DNA of 63,032 nt, filler included, from Reclinomonas americana ATCC 50394 (GCA_048213135.1; 21 parts of 21 records of this genome joined end to end with filler, not necessarily neighbours in it), one strand, 5' to 3'; positions 39,409 to 49,105 are shown, counted from the first letter of the whole stretch. Notes: generated by a model not told the origin, from the letters alone. Program-made: numbers and translations.

Positions 39409-41146
39409 CTACAGCTCGTCGAGAGGTGGGTACTTGCCGCCGTTCTCCTTCAGGTACTCCTCCAACTCGGCGAGAATGGCATCGATCCATGGACGCACCA
39501 GCAGACCGTCGCCCTTGTGCTTGGCCGAGAACGAAGCTGCACGTGGAGCGTGAGGCAACTGGAAGTACGGCAGCGTGCACTGCCCGACATGCAAACGCAC
39601 CTTCTCCGTTGACGACCTTGCCGGTGAACACCACGTAGGCCGGCAGCTTGGTGACCTGGCCCTTGAGGAAGCGCTCCATCAACTCGGTCCTGCACGCCAC
39701 GGAGTCAATCAAACGACATGAAGAGGATGAGAAGGAGAGGAAAGCCTCACCTCTTGGCGCGCACAATGGCAAAGTCGAGCTTCTTGTGGTGATCGAAGGC
39801 CACGACGCGGAACTCGGCCGGCGCACCCTTGTCCTCGTCGGTGAAATACACAATCTTGGGCGCGCGGCCCTTGAAGAACTCGTCGGCGTCCTCGTTCGTG
39901 CGCAGCGATCGGTAAAACTGCGGGATCTGCTCGGCGGCGAACTGCATAATATCGCGGATCATGTGCGGGCCCTTGAACTCCACGGGGTCCTGGGGAAGGG
40001 GAAAGGGAGGGGGGTGAGGGGTGGGAGGAGAAGGAGGAGAAGGGGGTAAGGAGGAGAAAGGGGGGAGGAGGAGAAGAGGGGGAAGGAGGAGAAGAGGGGG
40101 AAGGGGGTGATGTGCGGAAGTAAGAGAAGAGGGGGAAGGAGGAGAAGAGGGGGAAGGAGGTGATGTGCGGAAGAAAGAGAAGGGGAAAGTGTGCCTGTTC
40201 TCTAAGGGAACAAGAAAGTGTGTACGCGATCATCTCACTCCTCATCTTGTGAACTTATGATTCGTGGAGGAAAGAAAGGAAGCGCTGAAAGTCGATACGC
40301 AACACTGTTCAGCAGTGACGATGACACACACGCTGCATGATTGTCCGTCGCCGATGTGAATGTGAGAGGGTACAACTCTTTTGGTCTGCCGTTTCTCTCT
40401 CTCTTCGTTCAACTTGTCTTTCTGCGCTTATCATTTTCTCAGAAAATGGACGAAATGCTGCAATGATGTAAACGAGTTGTAAGATGGCGAAGCTCACTAG
40501 GTGCCTGTCTGCATGTCTGTCTGCCTCGTTTCTCTCTCTTGCAGTGTGCGCGTCTCATTATCACACATCCACGACGAGAGAAGGAAGGGAAGTGTTGGTG
40601 ATACGTTGCTACGAACAGCCAGGTATCTCTTGCGTGCACATCTGTTTGTCTGCATTTCTCGATGTCTCCTGCCTCTCTTACTCAGTGTGCATGCGCGTAT
40701 GTCTGCGTGTGTGCGTGTGCGTCTCATTCTCACACAAACATGACGAGAGAAGGGAAGAGTTGGTGACGAAAGCTTAGCAGTTGCAAACGGTGAAGGTCAC
40801 CAGATGGATGCTTGCACGACTGCGGCCTATCATTCTTTGTGCATCATTCTCACAAATCCATGACGAGAGATGGCGGAGATGAGTTGGCAACGAACGGCAA
40901 GGCTTGCTCACGTGGCTCTTTGCCTGCCTGCCTCTCTCCCTCTCCCTCCTTTCCCCACTCCTCACCTTCTTCGGCGACACGCCCAGGATCGTCGGCGTCG
41001 CCTCAATGCGATACTTGTCGCACAGATCACCATGCACGTCGCAGTTGACTGAGCCGAAGCGCACCGCCGACGACAGAGGCTCCGCACGCAGACTGGCCTT
41101 GCGGTACTTTTGCTCCAGCTTCTTGGCGTCAACTGGTGCGAAGGAG
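39409..41146 (-). CDS. ER-luminal thioredoxin/PDI-fold protein (3' exons; 5' cut by contig end)
   Basis: VRFGSVNCDVHGDLCDKYRIEATPTILG; EFKGPH..DIMQFA; second Trx-like domain PKIVYFTD; C-terminus ...PPLDEL*. Confidence 0.75.
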
Positions 41147-41246
41147 NNNNNNNNNNNNNNNNNNNNNNNNNNNNNNNNNNNNNNNNNNNNTTAATTAATT
41201 AANNNNNNNNNNNNNNNNNNNNNNNNNNNNNNNNNNNNNNNNNNNN

Positions 41247-41448
41247 CGGCGCCCCCAGCGATGAGAGCATCGGGAACGGCTTCGCCGACGCATCGGCCAC
41301 GACCTATGTCGCCGATTTCCTCGCCACCAGCGAGGGCGTGCAGCTGACCAAGGCTTTCGTGCGCATCAAGAGCCCGCGCGTGCGCCGGCGCATCGTCGAT
41401 CTCGTCGAATCGCTCGGCGAGACGCCGATCGAAACCATCGAGCAGTAA
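41247..41448 (+). CDS. C-terminal half of a PraR/PhrR-type XRE HTH repressor
   Basis: GAP...YVADFLATSEGVQLTKAFVRIKSPRVRRRIVDLVESL*, characteristic of the rhizobial PraR C-terminus. Confidence 0.88.
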
Positions 41449-41586
41449 CATCCTCGCGAGCTCGGGCCGCGTTCCCGCAAGCGGATCGAACGCCGTTCCG
41501 GACAAGCCGCCTGGGTGGTGCGACACCGGCGTCCATCGCAGCGCAGGAGCTCTGCATGGATGCCGGCGTTCTGTCTTGGCCTGGAT

Positions 41587-41874
41587 CTAGTGCAGGGACG
41601 GTGCCGCGTCCTGAGTCAGGACGAGGGTGTTCCGGTTGAGCCGCTGCAATTGCGGGCTGGGATTGACCAGCAGGAAATCCCTGAGCTTCACCTGGTCCGG
41701 CTCCGACATGGACAGGATCTGCACTGCAAGCCAGAGCTCGTCCGGCAGGTCCATCCGGTAGGCGACATCCACGAGTTCCTGATGCACCGGCTGATTGCGC
41801 AGCAGGGTGGTGAGCAAGCCGAGCGCATATTCGATCTTGTCGCGACTGCTGCCGGTATCATGCTGACTAGCCAT
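41587..41874 (-). CDS. 95-aa hypothetical protein translationally coupled to luxI
   Basis: ATG overlaps the end of luxI (ATGGCTAG) and is preceded by GGAGG; bacterial codon usage. Confidence 0.75.
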   Translation of the reverse strand: MASQHDTGSSRDKIEYALGLLTTLLRNQPVHQELVDVAYRMDLPDELWLAVQILSMSEPDQVKLRDFLLVNPSPQLQRLNRNTLVLTQDAAPSLH

Positions 41875-42508
41875 GCGAGATCCTCCGCTCGCCCGGAGCC
41901 CGCTTCGCGCGATGCGACAGGATCACCGGCGCGTCGATATCCTTGAAGGCGAGGGTGCGGCGATAGGCCTCCTCGCTCACCGTGATGATCGTGCCGACGC
42001 AGTTCATGCCGTCGATCATCGTCGGCAGTCCAAGCGGCCTGACCTCCCAGCCCAACTCCAGGAAGCGGGGCATCCACCAGGTCTCCATCACCACCGTGAT
42101 CGCCGCGATGTCGTTGGCGAGGCAATACTCGAACATGCCCGCGAGAACCGTGTGCAGGATCTTGCTGTCGGTGCCGCGCCGCTCGGGCACGACAAAAATT
42201 CGCGTCCATTCGACGATGTCGCTGCCGCGCTGGAGCCCGCGCACATCGGCCAGGAACGGGAAGACATCCGCCATCAGATGCGGACAGATCGTCGGAACGA
42301 GCCGCGTGCCGCCGACCACACGCCCGTTCTCGATCGCCAGCAGATAGGTCGCGTCGGCAGTGTCGAACTGGTCGATCTCGCGGCCATCGGGCCGTTCGAG
42401 CGCCATCCATTTGCGCTCGCCGACATAGATCTGGTGCCGGATCTTGTAGTGCTGCTCGAGCTCGGCACCGTAGAGGTGCCGGTTCCCGGCATCGATAACG
42501 TGGATCAT
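41867..42508 (-). CDS. Acyl-homoserine-lactone synthase, LuxI family, BjaI/RpaI-like acyl-CoA-using clade
   Basis: RHQIYV..W, EIDQFD, YLL, GGTRLVPT, EWTRIFV, METWW, PLGLP; RBS GGAGG. Confidence 0.95.
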   Translation of the reverse strand: MIHVIDAGNRHLYGAELEQHYKIRHQIYVGERKWMALERPDGREIDQFDTADATYLLAIENGRVVGGTRLVPTICPHLMADVFPFLADVRGLQRGSDIVEWTRIFVVPERRGTDSKILHTVLAGMFEYCLANDIAAITVVMETWWMPRFLELGWEVRPLGLPTMIDGMNCVGTIITVSEEAYRRTLAFKDIDAPVILSHRAKRAPGERRISHG

Positions 42509-42564
42509 CGCCGCCTCCCCTTCCTAGAGGGACGCAGGCTGGCTCCATTCAGGTTTCATGGGTA

Positions 42565-42580
42565 TTCCGGAATTCCGGAA
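42565..42580. promoter_or_regulatory. Perfect 16-bp palindrome upstream of luxI (candidate operator)
   Basis: TTCCGGAATTCCGGAA, 57-72 bp upstream of the luxI ATG. Confidence 0.45.
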
Positions 42581-42638
42581 GATGCGGCCGAAATCAGCGC
42601 GATTCGAACGGTTGTTCCTATCGCAAAAATGGTCCTGC

Positions 42639-42659
42639 CTCTATCGAACACGCATAGAG
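42639..42659. promoter_or_regulatory. Candidate lux-box-like inverted repeat
   Basis: CTCTAT-N9-ATAGAG in the luxR-luxI intergenic region. Confidence 0.4.
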
Positions 42660-42679
42660 ACTGTGGTCACTGACGGCCT

Positions 42680-43411
42680 CTAGATGCTGATCTCGCCGCG
42701 GCGATACGCTTCGATAACCGTGCGCGTGCGCCCCCTGACGCCGAGCTTGCGGGCCGCATTCTCGAAATGGGCCTCGGCCGTGCCGGCCGAAACGCCGAGG
42801 CGCTCCGCCACGCCTTCCGTCGTCTTGCCGATCGCGAACCAGGTCAGGACTTCGCGCTCGCGCACGGTCAGGACATGCTCACGGCGGGCCGGCCGCATGC
42901 AGTCGGCCGCCTTGCCATGGGCGTAGATCGACATCAGGTGGATCGCCGATCTGGCTTGGCGCGACAGGTCCGGCCGGTCGCCTGCCATGGTGACCACCGC
43001 CTGGAAGCCCGCCTCACCGTGAATGGGTACGCAGAAGCCCTCGATCATGTTGAAGTCGCGCGCCCGGTGCATGACCTCGCGCTGGCGCGGCAGTGCCACG
43101 CCTTCCTGATAGACGTCGTTCCAGGCGAAAGGATCGATCGTCGTCTTGCAATGGGCTGCGATCGGGTCCCAATCCGAGAACGACTTCTCCAGATAGAGCT
43201 CGAACCAGCCCGGCGGCCAGCCATTGAGGAGGACGAGCGGGTCGATCCGATCGCCGATTTCCGGCAGGCCGGTGATCAGGAAGGCGTGGAAGCCATAGCT
43301 CGCGAGCTTGTCGCGCAAGGCAGCAACGACCATCGTCGGATCGGCGAGGGTGCTCAGCCGATCGATGAAGTCGAGCGCGTCTCGTCCCGCGTTGAAATGT
43401 CGTCCCGACAT
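42680..43411 (-). CDS. LuxR-family AHL-binding transcriptional regulator
   Basis: GWPPGWFELY, WDPI, FAW, GFCVPIHG; C-terminal HTH LTVREREVLTWFAIGKT..LGVS..KLG. Confidence 0.95.
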   Translation of the reverse strand: MSGRHFNAGRDALDFIDRLSTLADPTMVVAALRDKLASYGFHAFLITGLPEIGDRIDPLVLLNGWPPGWFELYLEKSFSDWDPIAAHCKTTIDPFAWNDVYQEGVALPRQREVMHRARDFNMIEGFCVPIHGEAGFQAVVTMAGDRPDLSRQARSAIHLMSIYAHGKAADCMRPARREHVLTVREREVLTWFAIGKTTEGVAERLGVSAGTAEAHFENAARKLGVRGRTRTVIEAYRRGEISI

Positions 43412-43558
43412 GTCCCGTCTTTTTCCGACCTTAGCAGTTTCAACGCAGAACCGCCAAGAATCAACGCATACCAATGCATACCCATCCAATGCCTGCCAGA
43501 GCCGGCGGTAGACGCGAGGCCGGAAGTGCGGTTGAGTGGGACATGAGGTGAATGGTCC

Positions 43559-43669
43559 ATGCTCAAGAAACTCCCGAATCCGATCGACCGTCATGTCGGC
43601 AGCCGGGTACGCATGCAGCGCATGCTGGCTGGCATCAGCCAGGAGAAGCTCGGCGAGGCACTGGGCCTG
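43559..43669 (+). CDS. N-terminal part of a PraR/PhrR-type XRE HTH repressor (cut by contig end)
   Basis: MLKKLPNPIDRHVGSRVRMQRMLAGISQEKLGEALGL with RBS GAGGTG; missing from the supplied ORF track. Confidence 0.9.
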
Positions 43670-43971
43670 NNNNNNNNNNNNNNNNNNNNNNNNNNNNNNN
43701 NNNNNNNNNNNNNTTAATTAATTAANNNNNNNNNNNNNNNNNNNNNNNNNNNNNNNNNNNNNNNNNNNNGAGGATCAGGCAATGATCGCGGCGGATCGGT
43801 CTACCGCTCCCGGCTCGCTCCAATGCATTGTCCCGGCATACCGGCAGCGTCGTCGACCAACGGACCCAAGGGCGAAGCGCCCTGGCGCCCCGAGCCGGTT
43901 GCTACTGACATATTCCTGTCAAAGGCGGCGCTATCTGCACCGCCCAACAACCTGAACGAAAGGAGATCATC

Positions 43972-44358
43972 ATGCCCTTCAGCCAGGTCTTCCAGTCGCT
44001 CGGCGCGATCGCGTCCATCATTGTCCCGGCCAAGCCGTCGGTTCGCCCGCTCGAGATCGATCTCGAGCGTCCCGAGCCGCTGACCAAGGCCGAGCTCGCG
44101 GTGCTCGGCCGCTGGGTCAGCGAAGACGGCGCCATCCGGCTTGATCTTCGGCCCAATGGCCGCTTCGGCAAGCAGCGCGACCAGGCGCCGGGCCATGGCG
44201 GCCGCTACGAGGTCGATGCGTCGCAGCTCTATTTCGAGAGCGACGCCGGCCATGTCTGGAGCGGCGAACTGCGCCGCGGCCAGCTCGCCTTCGGCGAGAA
44301 GCGCTTCCGCCGGACCCTGCAGCTGGATCCGGCCAGACTGATACGGTCTGACCGGTAA
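43972..44358 (+). CDS. Atu4866-like domain protein
   Basis: LGRWVSEDGAIRLDLRPNGRF..GRYEV..YFESDAG pattern; RBS AGGAG. Confidence 0.65.
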   Translation: MPFSQVFQSLGAIASIIVPAKPSVRPLEIDLERPEPLTKAELAVLGRWVSEDGAIRLDLRPNGRFGKQRDQAPGHGGRYEVDASQLYFESDAGHVWSGELRRGQLAFGEKRFRRTLQLDPARLIRSDR

Positions 44359-44370
44359 GCTCACGCGACG

Positions 44371-44400
44371 CTGAGACGGGACGCTGGCATCCCGTCTCAG
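44371..44400. terminator. Hairpin between convergent genes (probable bidirectional terminator)
   Basis: CTGAGACGGGA-N8-TCCCGTCTCAG, perfect 11-bp stem. Confidence 0.7.
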
Positions 44401-45008
44401 TAGCCGACCGTGAAGCGCTGGCGCGAGTGTGCCGGCGTTTCCAGTTCGTCGCCCAGAGCAATGGCGTAGTCCTCGGCCGAAATCCGGCTCTGGCCCTTGC
44501 CGTCGACCAGCAGCTGATCCTTGCCGAGGCGGAACTTGCCGGTGCGCTCGCCCGGCTCGATCAGGGCGGAGGGCGAGAGGAAGGTCCAGTCGAGGCCGGC
44601 CTCGCCCTTCAGCAGATCGAGGAAAGCGCCGCCCTTCCTGGCTTCGTCGAGATAGAGCGCCGGGAATTCCGGCGTGTCGTACAGCTTCACGCCCGGCGCG
44701 ACCTCGAGGCTGCCGGCGCCGCCGACGACGAGATAGCGCTTCACGCCGGACTGCTTGACCGCCGCGAGCAAAACCGCCGGATCGCTGGCGGTGTAGTGCA
44801 CCGCGCTGATCACCGCATCGTGGCCGGCGAGCAAGGCGGCGAGCCCGTCCTTGTCATAGACATCGCCCTTCTTCGCAGTGATTCCGGCACCCTGCGGCAC
44901 CTTCTCGGGATTGCGAACGATGGCGGTGACCTGATGGCCGCGGCTGGTCAGTTCGGCGAGCAGGCGCGAGCCGATGAAGCCGGTGGCGCCGATGAGAGCA
45001 ATCTTCAT
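44397..45008 (-). CDS. NAD(P)-dependent oxidoreductase (YwnB/NADH-flavin reductase-like)
   Basis: MKIALIGATGFIG, VVGGAGSL, WTFLSP, SRISAEDYA, HSRQRFTVGY. Confidence 0.93.
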   Translation of the reverse strand: MKIALIGATGFIGSRLLAELTSRGHQVTAIVRNPEKVPQGAGITAKKGDVYDKDGLAALLAGHDAVISAVHYTASDPAVLLAAVKQSGVKRYLVVGGAGSLEVAPGVKLYDTPEFPALYLDEARKGGAFLDLLKGEAGLDWTFLSPSALIEPGERTGKFRLGKDQLLVDGKGQSRISAEDYAIALGDELETPAHSRQRFTVGY

Positions 45009-45126
45009 GGTGATCTTCCCTGGTATCTTATGGGAACCTACATCCCGATGGACACCAGATGGCGCATATGAGATCTTTGCTCAAGAAGGCACTTTAACGC
45101 CACAAGGTCACCTGCCGGAAACCGCC

Positions 45127-45498
45127 ATGCTCCACCGCCCCGACCCATTCAACGCCCAGTGCCCGACGCGGCAGGTGCTCGACCGCATCGGCGATAAATG
45201 GGCGGTGCTGGTGCTGATCCTGCTGGAGCAGGAGACCTTGCGCTTCAACGAATTGCGCCGTCGGATCGACAACATCTCGCAAAAGATGCTGTCGCAGACG
45301 CTGAAGAGCCTAGAGCGCGACGGGCTCATCTCCCGCCGTGCTTTCCCGACCGTTCCCGTCACGGTCGAATATTCGCTGACGCCGCTCGGGCGCACGCTCG
45401 CCAGCACGGTCGCGGCACTGACGCAATGGGCGGAAGCCCATATCGGCGAGGTCGAGGAAGCCCAGCGCCGCTACGATCGCGGCGAGATCGCCGCCTGA
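45127..45498 (+). CDS. HxlR-family winged-helix regulator
   Basis: CPTRQVLDRIGDKW, RFNELRR, ISQKMLSQTLKSLERDGL, VEYSLTPLG; divergent from the oxidoreductase. Confidence 0.93.
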   Translation: MLHRPDPFNAQCPTRQVLDRIGDKWAVLVLILLEQETLRFNELRRRIDNISQKMLSQTLKSLERDGLISRRAFPTVPVTVEYSLTPLGRTLASTVAALTQWAEAHIGEVEEAQRRYDRGEIAA

Positions 45499-48205
45499 TC
45501 AGCGCTTGAGGGAGCGCTTCGGCTTGAAGAAGGCGGCCAAGCATCGTCAGGTGCGCCCTTCTTCGTGACGTCCGGCGCCTTGAAGGCATCGGGCGCCAGA
45601 TCCTTCTCCAGCAGCTCCCAGGCGACCGGCATGGCGACCGCGGCGCCGGGCCGGGCCCGCGTCGAGAACGGCGCGATCGCGGTCGAGCCTCGACCATTGC
45701 GAAGATAGTCGATGAAGATGCGGCCCTTGCGCGCCTTCTTCGACAGGGTGGCGGTGTAGAGCTTCGGCTCGGCCTGTTCCATCGCCTTGGCGAAGTCGCG
45801 GGCAAAACCCTTGACCTCGTCCCACCCCGCCTTGGGCCGCAGCGGCAGCACGACATGGAAACCCTTGCCGCCGGAGGTCTTGAGGAAACTCTCGAAGCCG
45901 AGTTCCTCCAGCCGCTGGCGGACCGTCAGCGCCGCCTCGCGCACGCGTTCGACCGGCACGCCCGGATCAGGATCGAGATCGAAGATGACCTGATCAGGTG
46001 TCTCGATCGCGCCGACTTTGGCGCCCCAGACATGGACTTCGACCGTGCCCAGCTGGACGAGGGCGGCGAGCCCGTCGAAATCGCGGATGAAGAGCAGCTC
46101 CTCGCCGTCCCTGTCCCTCATCCGGGACACGGATTTGTGCAGGCCGGCGCCGGCATGCTTCTGGAAGAAGACCTGCCCGCCGACGCCGTCCGGCGCGCGC
46201 AGCAGGCTCAAGGGGCGTTCGACCACGAAGGGCGCCATGCGCTCCCAGACCCCGGCGTAATAGTCGAGCAGATCCTGCTTGGTGAAGCCGATATCGGGCC
46301 AGAGCGGCTTGTCGGGATTGCTGAGCGTCACGCTGGTCTCCGCTCCTGCCTTGCGCCCGGCCCTCGTCGCCGCCGACGGCTTGTTCGCCCTGGGCTTGAC
46401 CGACTTCTCCTCGACGACCTCATTGGCCGGCTTGTCCTCTCGCAGGCCGAGGAAGGACGCGTGCCGCAGCGTCTTCGAAGCCGTCCAGGAGCCGAAGGCG
46501 ATCTCGGCGACGAGTTCGGGCTTCACCCAAACAATACCACGCTCACGCCCGGCGTCGCCGGGGAAAGGCGAGGCCTTGGCGGCGATGGCGTCGAGCTTCT
46601 TCTTCAACGCGGCGGCAGAGCTGCGCGTGAAACCGGTGCCGACGCGGCCGGCCGGCTTCAGCTCATCGCCCTCGTGATAGCCCAGGACGAGCGAGCCGAG
46701 CTGGTTGCGCGAGGCTTTCGACGGGACATAGCCGGCGATGACGAATTCCTGGCGCTGCGTGCATTTCGTACTTGATCCAGTCGCGGCCGCGACCGCTGCG
46801 ATAGGGCGGCTTCGGCGACGCTTGGAGATCACGCCTNNNNNNNNNNNNNNNNNNNNNNNNNNNNNNNNNNNNNNNNNNNNTTAATTAATTAANNNNNNNN
46901 NNNNNNNNNNNNNNNNNNNNNNNNNNNNNNNNNNNNCTGCGTGCATTTCGACTTGATCCAGTCGCGGCCGCGACCGCTGCGATAGGGCGCTTCGGCACGC
47001 TTGGAGATCACGCCTTCCAGCCCCATGCGGCAGGCATGGCGCAGCATGGTCTGGCCTGGCTCGATGAAATGCTCGGAATAACGCAGAGGCGAATCCGCTT
47101 CGGCAGCCTTGAGCAACTCCTCCAGTCGCTCCTTGCGGGCGAGTAACGGCTCGCGCTGCAGATCCTCACCATCGAGATGAAGCAGATCGAAGGCGTAGAA
47201 GACGAGATTCTCGGCCTTCCCCTCCGACAGCGCGGCCTGGAGCGCGGAGAAGGAGGAGATGCCGCCCTCGCCCAGCGCCACGACCTCACCATCGATCAAG
47301 GCCGTTTCACAAGGCAGTGCAGTGAGTGCGGCGGCGATCCGCTTGCCGAAACGCTCGGTCCAGTCGAGCCCGGTCCGGGTGAGCAGCTTGACCTCGCCAC
47401 CGGAAATCCGGGCTTGCAGCCGGTAGCCATCGAACTTGACCTCATGCAGCCAGGCGTCGCCGGCCGGGGGCTTGTCCTGCAGAATCGCCAGGCAGGGCTC
47501 GACAAAGCGCGGCAGCGGCTCGGCTTCGGTCTTTTCCGAACGGCGGGCCGGCTGGGCAGGGTTGGACTTGGCTCTCGCGGGTTTGCGCCCCTTCGCGGGC
47601 TTTTTGTCGGTCGACCAGACGTCGCCTTTAGGATCTTCGCCAACCTCCTCGACGCTCCTGCCCGACTTCACCGAATCCGGCGCAGTCTCCAGGATATCCT
47701 CGTCATCGCGGGCGAAATCGTCGTCGACCTTGATCAGCAGCCAGTTGTCGCGCTTCTCGCCGCGGCGCGGCTTCAGCCTGACGAGATGCCAGCGGCCGCC
47801 GAGCTTGTGGCCTTCGAGCGTAAAGGCGATATGGCCCTTCTCCATGCCACGGACCGGATCGCTTTCAGGGATCCATTTGCCCTCGTCCCAGACGATCACC
47901 GAGCCGGCGCCATACTCGCCCTCGGGGATCGTGCCCTCGAAGGCGCCGTATTCGAGCGGGTGGTCCTCGACATGGACGGCAAGGCGCTTCTCGCCGGGAT
48001 CGAGGCTCGGGCCCCGCGTCACCGCCCAGGACCAGAGCACGCCGCCATGCTCCAGCCTAAGATCGTAGTGGAGACGACGCGCGGCATGCTTGTGGATGAC
48101 GAAGGCGCCGCTGCTCTGCGCTGCCTTGCGGCGGCTGGTGGCGCCTTTCGGCTCGCGGGTGCGGGAGAAGTCGCGTTTCGAGCGGTAGAGATCGAGATTG
48201 GCCAT
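45499..48205 (-). CDS. ligD: NHEJ DNA ligase D (phosphoesterase-ligase-polymerase), split across overlapping contig ends
   Basis: HAARRLHYDLRLE (PE); EVKFDGYR and EGVISKR (ligase); FDLDP, KTSGGKGFH, IFIDYLRN (polymerase). Likely true stop at 45499-45501 after a 1-nt error. Confidence 0.95.
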
Positions 48206-48223
48206 GGCGTCCTCCGACGCGCG

Positions 48224-49105
48224 TCAGGCGCTCTTTTTGGCCTTGCCGGCAGCAGGCTTCTTCGCCGGTTTGCCCGTACTCGCCGGCTTCTTGCCGCTGG
48301 AGGAGGAGGATTTGCCGGACGCCCCGCTCTCCTCGCCGAGGCTCTTCTTCAGGGCCTCGAACAGGTTGACGACGTTGGACGGGCGCTCGGCCGGTTTGGC
48401 GACCGGCGGCTTCTTGCCCTTGCGCTTGGCCGCGATCAGCTCGAGCAGCGCCTCTTCATAGCGATCCTCGAAGCCGCTGGGATCGAACTTCGCCTCTTTC
48501 TTCTCGATGATGTGCGTGGCGAGATCGACCAGTTCCGCGTCGAGCTTGCCCTTGCGCAGCCCGTCGAAGACCTCGTCCGGCTGGCGCACGGTCTTGTCGT
48601 AGCGCAGCGTCGTCAGCAGCAAGCCCTTGTCGAAGGGCTCGATCATCACCGGCCGCTCGCGGCGATAGAGCACGATGCGGGCAATGCCGGCCTTCTTCTG
48701 CTTCGCCATCGCCTCGCGGATCACGGCGAAGGCCTCTTCCGAGACTTCGTCGGAGGGGCTGAGATAATAGGGTTGGTCGAAATAGATCTGCGGGATCGCG
48801 GCGCGGTCGACGAACTGCTCGATCGAGAGCGTGTGCGAGCTCTCGATCTGGACCGCGTCGATCTCGTCCTCCTCGATCAGCAGGTATTCGTCGCCGCCGA
48901 TCTCGTAGCCCTTGACCTCGTCATCGGGATCGACCGGCTTGCCGCTGACGCTGTCGATGTACTGACGGCGCACGGTATTGCCGGTCTTGCGGTTGATCAC
49001 GCGGAAGGAGACCTTCTCGCTATGGTCGGTCGCCGAGGTCAGCTCGACGGCGCAGGAGACCAGCGAGAGCTTGAGATAGCCCTTCCAGGCCGGCCGGGGC
49101 GCCAT
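48224..49105 (-). CDS. ku: NHEJ Ku protein
   Basis: MAPRPAWKGYLKLSLVSCAV, VKGYE, FDPSGFEDRY, NVVNLFEALKKSL, basic tail. Confidence 0.97.
   Translation of the reverse strand: MAPRPAWKGYLKLSLVSCAVELTSATDHSEKVSFRVINRKTGNTVRRQYIDSVSGKPVDPDDEVKGYEIGGDEYLLIEEDEIDAVQIESSHTLSIEQFVDRAAIPQIYFDQPYYLSPSDEVSEEAFAVIREAMAKQKKAGIARIVLYRRERPVMIEPFDKGLLLTTLRYDKTVRQPDEVFDGLRKGKLDAELVDLATHIIEKKEAKFDPSGFEDRYEEALLELIAAKRKGKKPPVAKPAERPSNVVNLFEALKKSLGEESGASGKSSSSSGKKPASTGKPAKKPAAGKAKKSA

Noticed and set aside
43412..43594. Extended 304-aa LuxR start at 43594
   Set aside because: It would overlap the divergent XRE gene; the ATG at 43411 gives a typical 243-aa LuxR.
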